Shown here: positions 8,444-19,200 of the stretch, piece after piece | Numbering within the stretch: the stretch's first letter is position 1 | Layout: each line of letters opens with the position of its first letter | Virus record (IMG/VR): IMGVR_UViG_3300037467_002055 | Location: 18,469 to 82,468 of that record | Strand: one strand, 5' to 3' | Length of the DNA: 64,000 bases | DNA from: a virus | Taxonomy: Duplodnaviria; Caudoviricetes | Made by a program: the position numbers and the translations under genes | The notes under the pieces: model-generated | Told to the model about the DNA's origin: nothing | What the model saw: only the letters and a program-made list of their open reading frames with translations | Database searches by the model: none

Positions 8444-11386
8444 ATGAGTGCATTCCACTACTACCAGATCAAGGGTGGCGAGGAGCATTGGCAGCCGGTC
8501 CCGGTATCGCACCGTGACAAGGTGCTGGCCGAGCTCAAGCCGATGTTCGTGACGGTGCTGTCGGTCTCCAAGCTGGTCGACGATCTGACATACGAAGAGA
8601 AGCTGAAGCTGGCCTACATGGGCCCGTTCTACGTCGACTTCGACTCGGAAGATGACAGCCTCGTCATCCTGAAAGTCAACGAGTTCCTCGACAAGCTTGA
8701 GGACCTAGGCGTGAACCTTGCGATGTGCCGGCTGTACACCACTGGCGGTCGTGGATTTCATGCTGAGGTCCCGGTCGAGGTCTTTATGGAGAAGGTTCCG
8801 AAGACGGGCGTGATTGGCCTGCCGTCGATCTACCGCGAGATGGCGCTGGCGCTGGCGGTCGACACGCTCGACCTGAAGATTTACTCGACCGGGCGCGGCC
8901 GCATGTGGCGCCAGCCGAACATGGAGCGATCGAACGGCCGCTTCAAGGTGCCGATCACGGCGGCCGAGATGCGCAGCATGACGCCCGAACTTGCGGTCGA
9001 CCTGTCGTCGGCGCCGCGCGATCCGGTGCCGGTGCTGGATCCGGACTTCTGCGTCAAGCTGTCGATCGAGTATTCCAAGGCGTCGCAGAAGGTCGAGGAC
9101 CTGCTCAAGAAGCGGGCGCGCTTCAAGCCGAACCCGGCCGACCGGGAAAAGGCGAATTGCGCTTCGATCCAGTACATGATGGCTGGCCTGGGCATCAAGG
9201 ATTCCGCCGGCTTCCAGGAGATCGCCACCCAGCTGGCGATCGTGGCGGTCACGGCCGGTATGTCGGAGGACAAGTTCATCGTCGAGTGCCAGGGCCTGAT
9301 CGACAACCACAAGGGCGACAGCAAGCGCTACGGCACGCCGGCCAAGCGCGCCGAGGAGCTGCGCCGCATGCACCGCTACATGGACGGCAACCAGTGCTAC
9401 GAGTTCTCGGTCGGCGCTGTGAAGAACCTGATGAACCATGCGGCGCCCGACCTTGACGGCATCGCGGCGACGCCGGACGAGATCAAGGAAGAAATCGAGG
9501 CGGCCGCGCTGCAGCAGGAAGACCCGGAGGGGCAGCAGCAGGACGAGTACGAGGACGTCGCCCGCGGCGTCACGCTGTCGAAGTACGGCGTCTACATGGA
9601 CACCGAGTACGGCAAGAAGCGGATCTGCGCCGTGTCGTTCGACGCCGCGCAGATCCTGCTGTCGAGCGACAGCAGCCAGATCATCGGCTACGACGCCAAC
9701 GTGCTGGTCAACGGGCGCACGGTCGGCAGCGTCACGCTGGAGTTGGACATGTTCAGCGGACTGGTGCCATTCAACCGGTTCGTGTCGAAATACGGGCATG
9801 CGTTTCAGGGCACGGATGCTCAGGTAAGGACGGTAATGATGCGATTTGTCGAACAGGCGAAAAAGAAAGGCAACCTCAGCTATGTCGTGACGCGCGAAGG
9901 CCTCGACATCGTTTCAATCCCCCAACATGACATCGAGCGCCTGCGCGAGCCGTTCCTCGTCTGGTCGGACAGCCACGGCGTGCACCTTGAAAAGGAAGTC
10001 GAGGACCTTGGCCTGCGCGTCAAGTTTGCCGGCTTCCCAGATCCACGTGGCATGTTCAAGACCGACATCTCGGCCGCGCCGTCGCTGGCGACGTGGATCG
10101 ATGAGCCGGGCAACCGCGAGCTGCTGCGCGAGACGCTGGAGCACCTGTTCTCGTGCCAGCGGCCTGAGGTGCTGGGCAAGGTGCTGGGCTGGTACGTGGC
10201 CTGCTTCTGGAAGCAGCTGTTCCAGAAGCACTACGGCAAGTTCCCGCTGCTACACATCAACGGCCCGGCCGGCATGGGCAAAACGGAGATGCAGCTGGGG
10301 ATCGGCCAGCTGTTCTACTGGCGCGGCGAGCCGCGCCCGCTGTCACCCGGCTCGACCAACTTCGCGCTGCTGCAGCACCTGATGGCGTCGTCGTCGATCC
10401 CGCTGATCCTCGACGAGTACAAGCCGCACGTGATGGTCAAGGCGCGGGTCGACCAGCTCAAGGGCCTGTTCCGCGACGCCTACAACCAGCGTGACCAGGC
10501 GCGCGGCGGCGGCTCGCGCGAGAGCGACGATTACCGCTCGCTGCAGTTCTCACAGATGGCTGCGCCGATGGTGTTCATCGCCGAGGCGGCCGAGGAGGAA
10601 GCCGCGGTGATGGAGCGCGTCGTGCTGGTGACTCTGGCTCGCCCGGCGCAGAGCCGCGTCCTGAAGAACGGCGCGCACTGGCAGGCGTTCTGGCGCAACC
10701 GCCACCTGCTGGGCATCCTTGGCCAGTATCTGGCCATGAACATCCTGCAGGAGGGCTCGGTCAGCGGCTTCATCGAGGAGTTTGACGCGCTGTTCGCCGA
10801 CGCCAAGCAGAAGTTCATGCTGTCCGAGGAGGATCTGCGCTCTGGCTTGTCGGAGGAAGCGCTCAAGGACAAGCAGAACACGAAGGAGCGCCCGGTGTTC
10901 AACCACACTGTCGCGCGCTTCGGGTTCCGCCAGCTGCGCAGGCTCGTGAACGACGCGATCGGTAGCGACCTCGATGGCATGATGGCCGAGATGGAAGAAG
11001 GCGTTTTCGCCCGCCTGCACGACCTGCATGCGGCGACCACGCCGGAATACGTCAAGGTGCTGTCCGAGATCGTGAGCATGAGCCACCACGTCGAGGCCGA
11101 CCGGCCGGATTCGATCCGCCGGGGGCACGAGTACGCCTTCACCAGCGTCGGTGGCCGCGACGTCGTCGAACTGGCCGTGCGGCCGGCGTACCAGCGCTAC
11201 CGCATGCACTGCCGCCAGACTGGGCTGGAAGCCCTGTTCGGTGGCGTCGAGAGCTTCATGCATGCAATCGGCGACTGCCCGGCGTTCATCAAGCGCGGCA
11301 CGGGCGATGTGCTGCAGGCGCCGGGCATCTTCGTATTCGATGCACACGAGCTTGCGCGACTTGGCGTCGATACTTTCAAGAATTAA
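8444..11386 (+). CDS. Primase-helicase fusion (AEP-type primase N-terminus, P-loop helicase C-terminus)
   Basis: AEP motifs YVDFD, TGGRGFH, GRMWRQPN. Walker A GPAGMGKT, Walker B LILDE. 980 aa. Confidence 0.8.
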   Translation: MSAFHYYQIKGGEEHWQPVPVSHRDKVLAELKPMFVTVLSVSKLVDDLTYEEKLKLAYMGPFYVDFDSEDDSLVILKVNEFLDKLEDLGVNLAMCRLYTTGGRGFHAEVPVEVFMEKVPKTGVIGLPSIYREMALALAVDTLDLKIYSTGRGRMWRQPNMERSNGRFKVPITAAEMRSMTPELAVDLSSAPRDPVPVLDPDFCVKLSIEYSKASQKVEDLLKKRARFKPNPADREKANCASIQYMMAGLGIKDSAGFQEIATQLAIVAVTAGMSEDKFIVECQGLIDNHKGDSKRYGTPAKRAEELRRMHRYMDGNQCYEFSVGAVKNLMNHAAPDLDGIAATPDEIKEEIEAAALQQEDPEGQQQDEYEDVARGVTLSKYGVYMDTEYGKKRICAVSFDAAQILLSSDSSQIIGYDANVLVNGRTVGSVTLELDMFSGLVPFNRFVSKYGHAFQGTDAQVRTVMMRFVEQAKKKGNLSYVVTREGLDIVSIPQHDIERLREPFLVWSDSHGVHLEKEVEDLGLRVKFAGFPDPRGMFKTDISAAPSLATWIDEPGNRELLRETLEHLFSCQRPEVLGKVLGWYVACFWKQLFQKHYGKFPLLHINGPAGMGKTEMQLGIGQLFYWRGEPRPLSPGSTNFALLQHLMASSSIPLILDEYKPHVMVKARVDQLKGLFRDAYNQRDQARGGGSRESDDYRSLQFSQMAAPMVFIAEAAEEEAAVMERVVLVTLARPAQSRVLKNGAHWQAFWRNRHLLGILGQYLAMNILQEGSVSGFIEEFDALFADAKQKFMLSEEDLRSGLSEEALKDKQNTKERPVFNHTVARFGFRQLRRLVNDAIGSDLDGMMAEMEEGVFARLHDLHAATTPEYVKVLSEIVSMSHHVEADRPDSIRRGHEYAFTSVGGRDVVELAVRPAYQRYRMHCRQTGLEALFGGVESFMHAIGDCPAFIKRGTGDVLQAPGIFVFDAHELARLGVDTFKN

Positions 11387-11415
11387 TTGACACCAGCCAA
11401 CAAGTTTGCCATACT
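11387..11415 (+). promoter_or_regulatory. sigma70-like promoter
   Basis: TTGACA-N17-CATACT immediately after the primase stop. Confidence 0.7.
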
Positions 11416-11483
11416 GAATTTTCACCCACATGCCGGGCGTGGGATCCTGACTCGGCACAACGACAACTTTAAAGGTAACGAAA

Positions 11484-12299
11484 ATGGCACTGACCAAAAA
11501 CGCAAACGCACAAGCTTCCACCCCGGCATTCGAAGCTCCGGATGACGACGTCGTCGATCAGGCGGCAGCTGAACAGGCTGCGATCCGCGCCAAAGCGCAA
11601 GAGCGTCTGGCAGCGGCTGCTACCCAGCATGCTGCTACCAAGCCGGCGGAAGAAGCCAAGCCGTCGGCCAGCCGCGAAGTGGCCACCCCGACCGGCACGC
11701 AGGTCGCCAAGGCGCGTCCGATGATCAACCCGCTGGAGCCGCTGAAGAACGCTTTCCCGGTCGAGTGGGATACGCTGCGCAACCTGGTGATCACCAACGG
11801 CAACGTGATGGACAAGACCACGAGCAAGGCGCTGGGTGACACCATCGGTCTGGAACTGCTGTCCTTCCAGGATCAGTGGGTGGTCTCCCCGGGCGTCGAT
11901 GGCGACGAAGCCAAGGAGTTCGTGCGCTACTCCGACGACGGCGTCACCACCACGCAGGGCGAGGACATGAAGGAATACCTCGCGCACCTGAAGGCGTCTG
12001 GCTACGAGGAAGCGAAGATCTCGGAACGCATGGTCATCTGCGGCTCGGTGTTCGACATCGGCGTCAAGGGTGCGAAGGACCTGAAGGAGCTGCAGGACGC
12101 GCTGGTGCAGATCAGCCTGCCGCCGACCTCGAAGGCAACCTTCAAACGCTACCAGATGGACCAGGCCTTCAAGATCGGCAAGGGCTTCATCGAGGCGAAG
12201 GGCGCTGAGCGTGTGCGCATCGAATGCGACGTCGTGACCAAGGGCCAGATGTCCTGGACCGTGGCGAACTTCAGCCGCTACGACGCTGCCGGCGCGTAA
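11484..12299 (+). CDS. Putative single-stranded DNA-binding or replication accessory protein
   Basis: 271 aa, own promoter and terminator, highly biased codons, Ala/acidic N-terminal region, position after the primase. Function inferred from context only. Confidence 0.4.
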   Translation: MALTKNANAQASTPAFEAPDDDVVDQAAAEQAAIRAKAQERLAAAATQHAATKPAEEAKPSASREVATPTGTQVAKARPMINPLEPLKNAFPVEWDTLRNLVITNGNVMDKTTSKALGDTIGLELLSFQDQWVVSPGVDGDEAKEFVRYSDDGVTTTQGEDMKEYLAHLKASGYEEAKISERMVICGSVFDIGVKGAKDLKELQDALVQISLPPTSKATFKRYQMDQAFKIGKGFIEAKGAERVRIECDVVTKGQMSWTVANFSRYDAAGA

Positions 12300-12320
12300 G
12301 CCACCTCATCACCACCACCC

Positions 12321-12348
12321 AAAAGGGACCGCTTCGGCGGTCCCTTTT
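12321..12348 (+). terminator. Intrinsic terminator
   Basis: AAAAGGGACCGC-TTCG-GCGGTCCCTTTT. Confidence 0.9.
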
Positions 12349-12364
12349 CTACAGGAGAAACACC

Positions 12365-13081
12365 TTGGACATGCAACAACCACAAGAACAAGTCCGCGAG
12401 CTCGCCTGGGTTATCGCCGACACGGAAACCACTGGTCTGACCGGCCCGGCCTGCGAGGTCGCCTTTCGCGAGATCGACCCCGACACGCTGGAGACGGTCC
12501 GCGAGATCCAGTCGCTGATCGATCCGCAGTGCGAGATCGAAGAAGGCGCCATGGCCGTGCACGGCATCACGCAGGAGATGGTCGCCACCGCGCCGACGAT
12601 GCAGGAATTCATCGAGACACCCGGATACCTGGATGGCGCCTTCGACGGCCGCGATATCGTCCTGATCGCGCACAACGCGGCGTTCGACGTGAAGCGCCTG
12701 CACATGGTCGGCACCATCACGTCGTCGATCTGCACGCTGTTCCACGCTCGCCAGCTGATCGGCACCGAAGTCGTCAACCACAAGCTGCCGACCTTGCGTG
12801 AGCACTTCGGTTTTCCGAAAAACGAGGCGCACCGCGCGATGGCCGACGTGGCCACGACGCACCGCCTGCTCAAGGAGCTGATGGCGCGCGCCGGCCGCCG
12901 CACCTTGCGCGATTTCCACGCCACGCAGGAGACGACGGTCCATCGCTGGCCTTGGGGGAAGCACCGCGGCGAGCTGCTGATGGCCACGCCCAAGGAGTAT
13001 CTGCTCTGGGCGAAGAAGCTGCCGGACCTCGAGCCGAACCTGAAGAAGTCGGTCGACAAAGTCCTCAAAACCCTCAAATAA
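12365..13081 (+). CDS. DEDDh 3'-5' exonuclease (DnaQ/ExoX-like)
   Basis: ADTETTG, HNAAFD, HRAMADV, C-terminal WPWGKHRG. TTG start chosen from AGGAGA spacing (alternative ATG 12371). Confidence 0.85.
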   Translation: MDMQQPQEQVRELAWVIADTETTGLTGPACEVAFREIDPDTLETVREIQSLIDPQCEIEEGAMAVHGITQEMVATAPTMQEFIETPGYLDGAFDGRDIVLIAHNAAFDVKRLHMVGTITSSICTLFHARQLIGTEVVNHKLPTLREHFGFPKNEAHRAMADVATTHRLLKELMARAGRRTLRDFHATQETTVHRWPWGKHRGELLMATPKEYLLWAKKLPDLEPNLKKSVDKVLKTLK

Positions 13082-13095
13082 CGGAAGAAGAAATC

Positions 13096-13575
13096 ATGTC
13101 CCAATTCTCCCAATTCTCCCAAGCCTTGATCGCCTTCAATGCGATGTATCGCCTGCCGGTGGCTGACGCTCCGAACATCATCTCGTCGCAGCGCCTGCGC
13201 GACCTGAAAAAGATCCTGCTCGACGAGGTCAACGAGATCGATGAAGTCATCGATTTGGTCGCCCAGGCCGAAGAAGCGCGGGATCTTCAACTGCCGAATT
13301 CTCCCGACGCGGAGCTCACTGCCCTGACCGCCCTGGCCGACCTGATGGGTGACCTGCAGGTGTACTGCGGCAGCGAGATGGCCAAGTGGGGCCTGCCGCT
13401 GGACGCCGTCCTGTCGATCATCATGGAGTCGAACATGTCGAAGCTGGGCGCTGACGGCAAGCCGATTTACGACGAGACGGGCAAGGTTCTGAAGGGCCCG
13501 GGCTATTGGAAGCCGGAACCGCGCATCCGCGCGCTGCTGGAGAGCCTGTACGCAGGCGTCGACGTCGAAAAATGA
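13096..13575 (+). CDS. MazG-like / PRA-PH-family NTP pyrophosphohydrolase (possible dUTPase)
   Basis: LLDEVNEI...ADLMGDLQVY...IMESNMSKLGADGKPIYDETGKVLKGPGYWKPE. Confidence 0.85.
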   Translation: MSQFSQFSQALIAFNAMYRLPVADAPNIISSQRLRDLKKILLDEVNEIDEVIDLVAQAEEARDLQLPNSPDAELTALTALADLMGDLQVYCGSEMAKWGLPLDAVLSIIMESNMSKLGADGKPIYDETGKVLKGPGYWKPEPRIRALLESLYAGVDVEK

Positions 13576-14642
13576 GCACCCACCTAGTCAGCGCCGCGGC
13601 GCAGATCCGGTCTCTGGCAAAAGCGGTTTCGGCCGCTTTTGCTGCGTCTGCGCTTACGGAAGAAGAAAAGAACCCGGGCCGCGTCGAGCTCACGGACCTG
13701 CCGTGGGCGGCGCCGCCGCTCGAATGCAAGGCGACCTTGGGCGGCGCGCCGCTCATGGATTACCTGAACGTGCCGATGAACCTCGACGAGTACCTGCTGC
13801 GCCGCTTCTGGTCCAAGACGCTGGAGGATCTGTGGCTGCGCCCGTCCAGCACGATGAAGCGCGGCGTGTTCGCCAACTGTAGCTGGGGCACGCCCCGGCT
13901 GCGGATGGGCCAGCGCGCTTTCCTGTTCTCGGTGCCGCCGGGCTTCCCGGCCCATCTCGACATGTCGGCCGGCGCGATGTTCTCGATCGAGGTGGCGCGC
14001 GCGGCGGCGTCGTCGCTGCCGGTGCTGGACGTCGTGAGCGACGAGGACAACTACTACGCCATCACGGCCGAGGGCTCGGTGTTCGGCGTGAAGAACGGCC
14101 GGCCGGCGTGCGCGTCGCCGTGGGACACCAGCGTGGCGGGCATGGTGCCGGACATGCTGGAGACCTCGCGCGGCGAGCCGGACGTCGCCTGCCGCTTCGA
14201 CCAGCTTGCGGCGCTGCGCTCCGTCTTGCACCAGAACCGCAAGATGTTCCCCGAGTTCCAGGGCATCGACTACGCCCTGCAGGCGCTGCGCCTCTTGACG
14301 CTGTCGGAGCACTGCCCCGAGCTCGTGACGCAGATGCGCACGGCGCCGCTGGACTTGCCGCGCCTGAAGCTTGCCGAGCGCGCGCTGCGGGACGCCCTGT
14401 CCATCATCGACGACCTGAGCATGTCGGACCGGACCAAGCTGCAGATCTGGCACAACTCGCTGGTGCCGGACGTGATCTCGGCGTCGAAGTTCAAGCAGCA
14501 CATCTGGGCCGGCGCCCAATTCCCGTTCTCGCTCGCCCAGTCCAAGCTGGGGAACATTCGGCAGTGGCTGGAGGCGGAGTACCGGGCGCTGCCGGCCAGC
14601 ATCCAACAGGAGGACGTATGCAAACTCGCAGGCACACCTTGA
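13572..14642 (+). CDS. Hypothetical protein
   Basis: 356 aa, ATGA-coupled, strong GC3 bias, no motif recognised. Confidence 0.75.
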   Translation: MSTHLVSAAAQIRSLAKAVSAAFAASALTEEEKNPGRVELTDLPWAAPPLECKATLGGAPLMDYLNVPMNLDEYLLRRFWSKTLEDLWLRPSSTMKRGVFANCSWGTPRLRMGQRAFLFSVPPGFPAHLDMSAGAMFSIEVARAAASSLPVLDVVSDEDNYYAITAEGSVFGVKNGRPACASPWDTSVAGMVPDMLETSRGEPDVACRFDQLAALRSVLHQNRKMFPEFQGIDYALQALRLLTLSEHCPELVTQMRTAPLDLPRLKLAERALRDALSIIDDLSMSDRTKLQIWHNSLVPDVISASKFKQHIWAGAQFPFSLAQSKLGNIRQWLEAEYRALPASIQQEDVCKLAGTP

Positions 14643-14836
14643 TCGAGGTGGTGGTCTCCACCGGCGCCGCGTTCGTCATCAGCGCGGCGCTGCAGCACCT
14701 CGTCGTCAATCCGCTCTGGCACCTGCACAGCTCGCCGCTGGACAGCCTGGGCATCACCGTTTTCTTCACCGTCGTCTCGCTGGTGAGGTCGTACTTTTTC
14801 AGAAGAATGTTCAACAAATTGGGAGTCAAAGCATGA
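14618..14836 (+). CDS. Small two-TM membrane protein of a common phage family
   Basis: MQTRRHTLIEVVVST...FTVVSLVRSYFFRRMFN, AGGAGG RBS. Confidence 0.75.
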   Translation: MQTRRHTLIEVVVSTGAAFVISAALQHLVVNPLWHLHSSPLDSLGITVFFTVVSLVRSYFFRRMFNKLGVKA

Positions 14837-15360
14837 AGATCGTGGGATTTACCGGCAAGGCCGGAGCAGGCAAGGATACGCTGGCCGATTACCTGGTGGA
14901 GAGCCACCACTACATTAAGGTGTCGTTCGCTGGCCCGCTCAAGTCGATGCTGGCGCAGGTCGGCTTTCCGGAGCCGAAAGACCGCGCCGCCAAGGAGCTC
15001 CCAATCGAGGGCTTCAGCTTCACGTGGCGCGACGCAGCGCAAAAGCTGGGTACGGAGTGGGGCCGTGCGCTGGATCCGGACATCTGGGTCAAGATCATGG
15101 AGAACCTGCTCCATCGCCTCTCCGACGATGCACGTGTCGTGTTTTCCGACGTGCGCTTCGACAACGAGGCCGAGATGATCCGCCGCCTGGGCGGCAGGAT
15201 CGTGCACGTCACCGGTCGCGCCGCGGACCTGGGCGCGCACGCCGGCCACTCGTCGGAAGCCGGCGTGCGTTGGGCCGACGGCGACGTCGCGCTGGACAAC
15301 AGCGGCTCGCTGGAAGGCACGATCCTCGACATGCATTACCGCCTGCTGGAGGCGATGTGA
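14833..15360 (+). CDS. Deoxynucleoside monophosphate kinase
   Basis: GFTGKAGAGKDT, SFAGPLK, QKLGTEWGR, SDVRFDNE. Confidence 0.88.
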   Translation: MKIVGFTGKAGAGKDTLADYLVESHHYIKVSFAGPLKSMLAQVGFPEPKDRAAKELPIEGFSFTWRDAAQKLGTEWGRALDPDIWVKIMENLLHRLSDDARVVFSDVRFDNEAEMIRRLGGRIVHVTGRAADLGAHAGHSSEAGVRWADGDVALDNSGSLEGTILDMHYRLLEAM

Positions 15361-15599
15361 GCGAGCGCACGGCAGACGAACTGGACATCGCGGCCGATCT
15401 GCAGGAGCGCGCCAACGCCGAAGGGCTGGCGCGCGTACGGCAGCAGCTGGTGCAGACGCACCCGGGCTTTAACGGCGTCGACTGCGTCGACTGCGGCGAC
15501 CCGCTGCCGGCCGTACGGCTTGCGTATAAGCGGGTGCGTTGCACGCTGTGCCAGACCGAGGAGGACAACCGACTGAAAATGCTTGGGAGGCGTGTGTGA
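15357..15599 (+). CDS. TraR/DksA-family C4 zinc-finger protein
   Basis: DELDIAADLQE, CVDCG...P.VRL...CTLCQ. GTGA-coupled start. Confidence 0.85.
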   Translation: MSERTADELDIAADLQERANAEGLARVRQQLVQTHPGFNGVDCVDCGDPLPAVRLAYKRVRCTLCQTEEDNRLKMLGRRV

Positions 15600-15653
15600 T
15601 TACTTTCCTGAAGTCTAGCTTTATGTGGTAAGCTGAGGTTTTCAGGAGGAAAC

Positions 15654-16277
15654 ATGCATGACCCTACTGGCGAGCGGTACGGCCAGCTCACGGTGATGGG
15701 ATACAGCGGGCGCAAGTACAAGAACGGTGACCGGTATGTCACCGTTCTTTGCGACTGCGGCACCGAAAAGGAGATGACGTACCCGAGTGTCAAGAGCCCG
15801 CGTGGCAGCCGCAGCTGCGGCTGCCAGCGCTGGAAGGGCGTACATCTTGCCAGCGGCACGCCGCTGTATCGGGTATGGCTTGCAATGCGTCGCCGTTGCT
15901 ACTCTCCTGCTGACCGCAGCTATTCAAACTACGGTGGGCGCGGCATCACGATATGCCGACGTTGGCGGTCGTATAGCGCATTCGCTGCTGACATGGAGCC
16001 TACGTTCAAACCTGGCCTAGTGATCGATAGGGTGCATAACAACAAGGGGTACAGCAAGGCCAATTGCCGCTGGGTTACCAGAGCAGAAAGTAACCGCAAC
16101 ACTCGAGCAAATATCAGCGTCCTAGTCGATGGGCAGGTGTTGTGCTTTGCAGAGATTGTCCGGCTGTACGGGACAAGGAAATATCGAAGTGCGCTGCACA
16201 GATATCGGAAAGGGCTGTCGGTCGCGGATGCGATCGATGCGACCGATCTTGCAATCAAATTTACGGAGATAGTATGA
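15654..16277 (+). CDS. HNH-type homing endonuclease
   Basis: GQLTV, CDCG, SCGC, LYRVWLAMRRRC, YGGRGITIC, IDRVHNNKGYSKANCRW. Lower GC, own RBS. Confidence 0.85.
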   Translation: MHDPTGERYGQLTVMGYSGRKYKNGDRYVTVLCDCGTEKEMTYPSVKSPRGSRSCGCQRWKGVHLASGTPLYRVWLAMRRRCYSPADRSYSNYGGRGITICRRWRSYSAFAADMEPTFKPGLVIDRVHNNKGYSKANCRWVTRAESNRNTRANISVLVDGQVLCFAEIVRLYGTRKYRSALHRYRKGLSVADAIDATDLAIKFTEIV

Positions 16278-19200
16278 AGCGCTACCGCCGCGGGGCTGTG
16301 GATATGAGCTCGTTCATGTGGACGATGATGTCGTGGGGTAAGGATGCTGAAAACGGCTATGAGGTCGAGCACGAGGGCAAGAAGGTCTACATCAACAGCG
16401 CTGCCTACGGCTACGACAATACGCTGGGCCGCATGTTGGACTGCATGAAGGCCTATAAGCTGAACCCGATCGACGTCATCTTAGTGTTCGAGGGCCAGAA
16501 CAGCAAGGGCAAGCGCCTGCTGATCGACAACCAGTACAAGGGTGGGGGCGAGAGCAGCCGGCCGCCTGAGGCGTACGCGGAATTCGAGAAGTGCCGCGAG
16601 ATGCTCAAGACGACCTTCCGCGAGCTAGGCGCTCAATTAATGTGGCAGGACTTCGCCGAGGGCGACGACACGCTCGCCTGGCTGGCTTTCAACACCGAGG
16701 ACGACCTGATCGTCTTCACGTTCGACAACGACCTGACGGCGCTCAACCTGCACCCGAACGCGTACGGCGCGCGCGTCTCGACGTGGATCAACGAGATGTT
16801 CGAACACAACAAGTACGGCCTGTTCGACTACCACCTCGTCACCACCTACAAGGCGCTGGTCGGCGACGCGTCCGACAACATCAAGGGTTGCCCGGGCTTA
16901 GGCCCGAAGAAGTTCGAGGCGCTGTGCGAGAAGTACGGCTTCGACGGCCTGGCCGAGATCCATGCCATGCTGCTGCGCAGCGACCTGTCGCCGCTGGCCG
17001 AGTACATCGGCCCGGACGACAAGCTGCTGCAGATGATCCTCGATAACGCGCCGCAGGTGATTCGCTGCTTCGACCTTGCCCGGCTGCGCCCGGAATGGGT
17101 CAACACGATGCGCCAGCCGATCCACTGGGAAGCCGGCATGGTGCGCCAGCTGCTGCCCACCGACCGCGACCCGCGCCTCAAGCCCTGGTACGGCCGCGTG
17201 CGCCTGATCACGGCCGCCAGCTTCGCGGACGCCTGCGCCTGGGCGCGGCCGCACATCGAGGCTTCGCGCGACATCGCGCTCGACATCGAGACGTCGACGC
17301 CGGACGAGTCGGACGAGTGGCTGGCCGCGATCGGCGATCCGGACGGCGTCGACGTGTTCGGCTCCACGCTGACCGGCCTGTCGCTGACGTTCGGCACGAA
17401 CAACCAGTACACGTTCTACTTCTCGGTCGACCACGCCGACACGGACAACATCGACAGCGAGGATCTGCGCCAGTTCATCGCCTCGATTCCGCAGGAAAAA
17501 GAGCTGATCATCCAGAACGTCTCGTTCGAGCTGGCGGTCCTGTTCAACGCCTGGGGCGCGCGCCAGATGGACAACGGCTACCACGGCTTCCTGCCGAACG
17601 TGCGCGACACGAAGTTCGAGGCCAACTACGTCGACGAGAACATCCCGACCGGCCTGAAGCAGCGCTCGCACGGCACCTTGGGCTACCGCCAGGAGACCTA
17701 CGAGGAGACGTGCACGATCACCGCGCACCCGTCGAAGCTGCCACGCGGCGGCAAACTGCTGCGCGAGGAGTACGTCTACGAGACGGTCGGCACCGGCCGC
17801 TTCGAGCCGCTGACGGAGGAGGAGATCGCCGCCGGCGTCGTGCCGATGGAGATCATGAAGACGCAGCTGGTCGAGGGGGAGGATGGCGAGCCGGTCGTGG
17901 CGACGCACACGCGCCGCTACAAGATGCGCGAGCTGACCGCGCAGCACGTCCTTGGCTATGGCGCCGACGACACGATCTGCACGATCGCGCTGCACAATTT
18001 CTACAAGCTGTTCCTGCAGCTGGAGCACTCGTATCAGGTCTATCTGCAGGTGGAGATCGATGCGGCCTACCAGCACGCGAAGAACTTCATCGACGGCACC
18101 GAGGTGTCGATCGCGCGCTGCAAGGAGCTCGAGCGCGAAGACGACGCCACGTACGAGAAGGCCTGGGCAGTGGTGCGCGAGTACCTGATCGAGCAGGGCT
18201 GGGCCGGCACGTCGCCGCCGACCTATACGGTCGACATCACGCCGGCGCAGATCAAGGAGGCGTACACGATCGTGACCGGCGAAGTGCTCGACTCGATGAT
18301 GCGCACGCCGTCGAAGATCGTGAAATTCATCGAGTCGACGACGGAGCATCTGCAGTTCGCCCGGATGCTGGATACTCTGGTGCAGGCCAACAAAGAGGGT
18401 GGCCTGTCGGCTTGCATGGAGGCGGAGGAGGCGTTCAACAAGTACGTCCGCTCCTACTTCAAGGGCGAGCCGCAGTTCAACAAGGGCTCGCCGCTGCAGA
18501 TGCAAAAGCTGATGTACGAGGTGATGGGCCTGCCGATCCGCGTGCGCAACATGCCGACCGACGCGATGAAGAAGGCCGGCATCCGCGAGGGCACGCCGAA
18601 GACGGACGCCCTGGCCGTGGCCTACGCCTTGCAGGATTGCATGCCGGAGCAGAAGCCCGTGCTGGAAGCCTTGAAGCTGATGGGCATGGTCACAACGCGC
18701 CGCTCGCTGTACTACTCGAAATACCCGTACTTCCCGCACTGGAAGGATGGCAAGATCCGTTCACAGCATAACCAGTGCGCTGCGGTCACACGTCGCGCTA
18801 CAGAGTCCAAACCAAACAAGACCCAACTACCCAAGCACCAGAAGATCGAGGGGCAGGAGGCTAAGTTCCGTGAAGTGATTCGACCGCACCGACCGGACGC
18901 CGTTGTTGTGTCGATGGACTTCGACAGCCAGGAGATGGTTCTGATCGCCGAGCAATCCCAGGACCCGAACATGCTGGCCTGCTTTGTGGGCGAGAATCGA
19001 AAATCCCCGCACTCGATCACGGGTCTCGGTATCCTGCTGGCCGAGCACGGCGGAGGCTGGAGCTACGAGGCGTTTGTCGAAGCACTTGAAAGCAAAACGC
19101 ACCCGCAGCACAAGCTGGTGAAGGACAGCCGCACGCTAGGCAAGAAGGTGAACTTTACGGCTGAGTATCTGGCGCAGGCTCCGAAGGTGGCCGCGACCTT

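Noticed and set aside
11425-11460. Stem in the leader of the putative SSB gene as an autoregulatory element
   Set aside because: Only a 7-bp stem with a G-U pair, and the SSB call itself is weak. Not distinguishable from chance.
17714-17920. Possible intein in the polymerase
   Set aside because: No N-terminal Cys/Ser block or C-terminal His-Asn, and too short. Treated as a simple insertion.
16898-18739. Long antisense ORFs (613 aa here; also 8705-9799, 24572-26368, 38824-40899, 51659-53839, 58857-59501)
   Set aside because: Shadow frames expected from high GC3 on the coding strand. They are Arg/Ala/Gly-rich, with no motifs or RBS, opposite well-supported genes.
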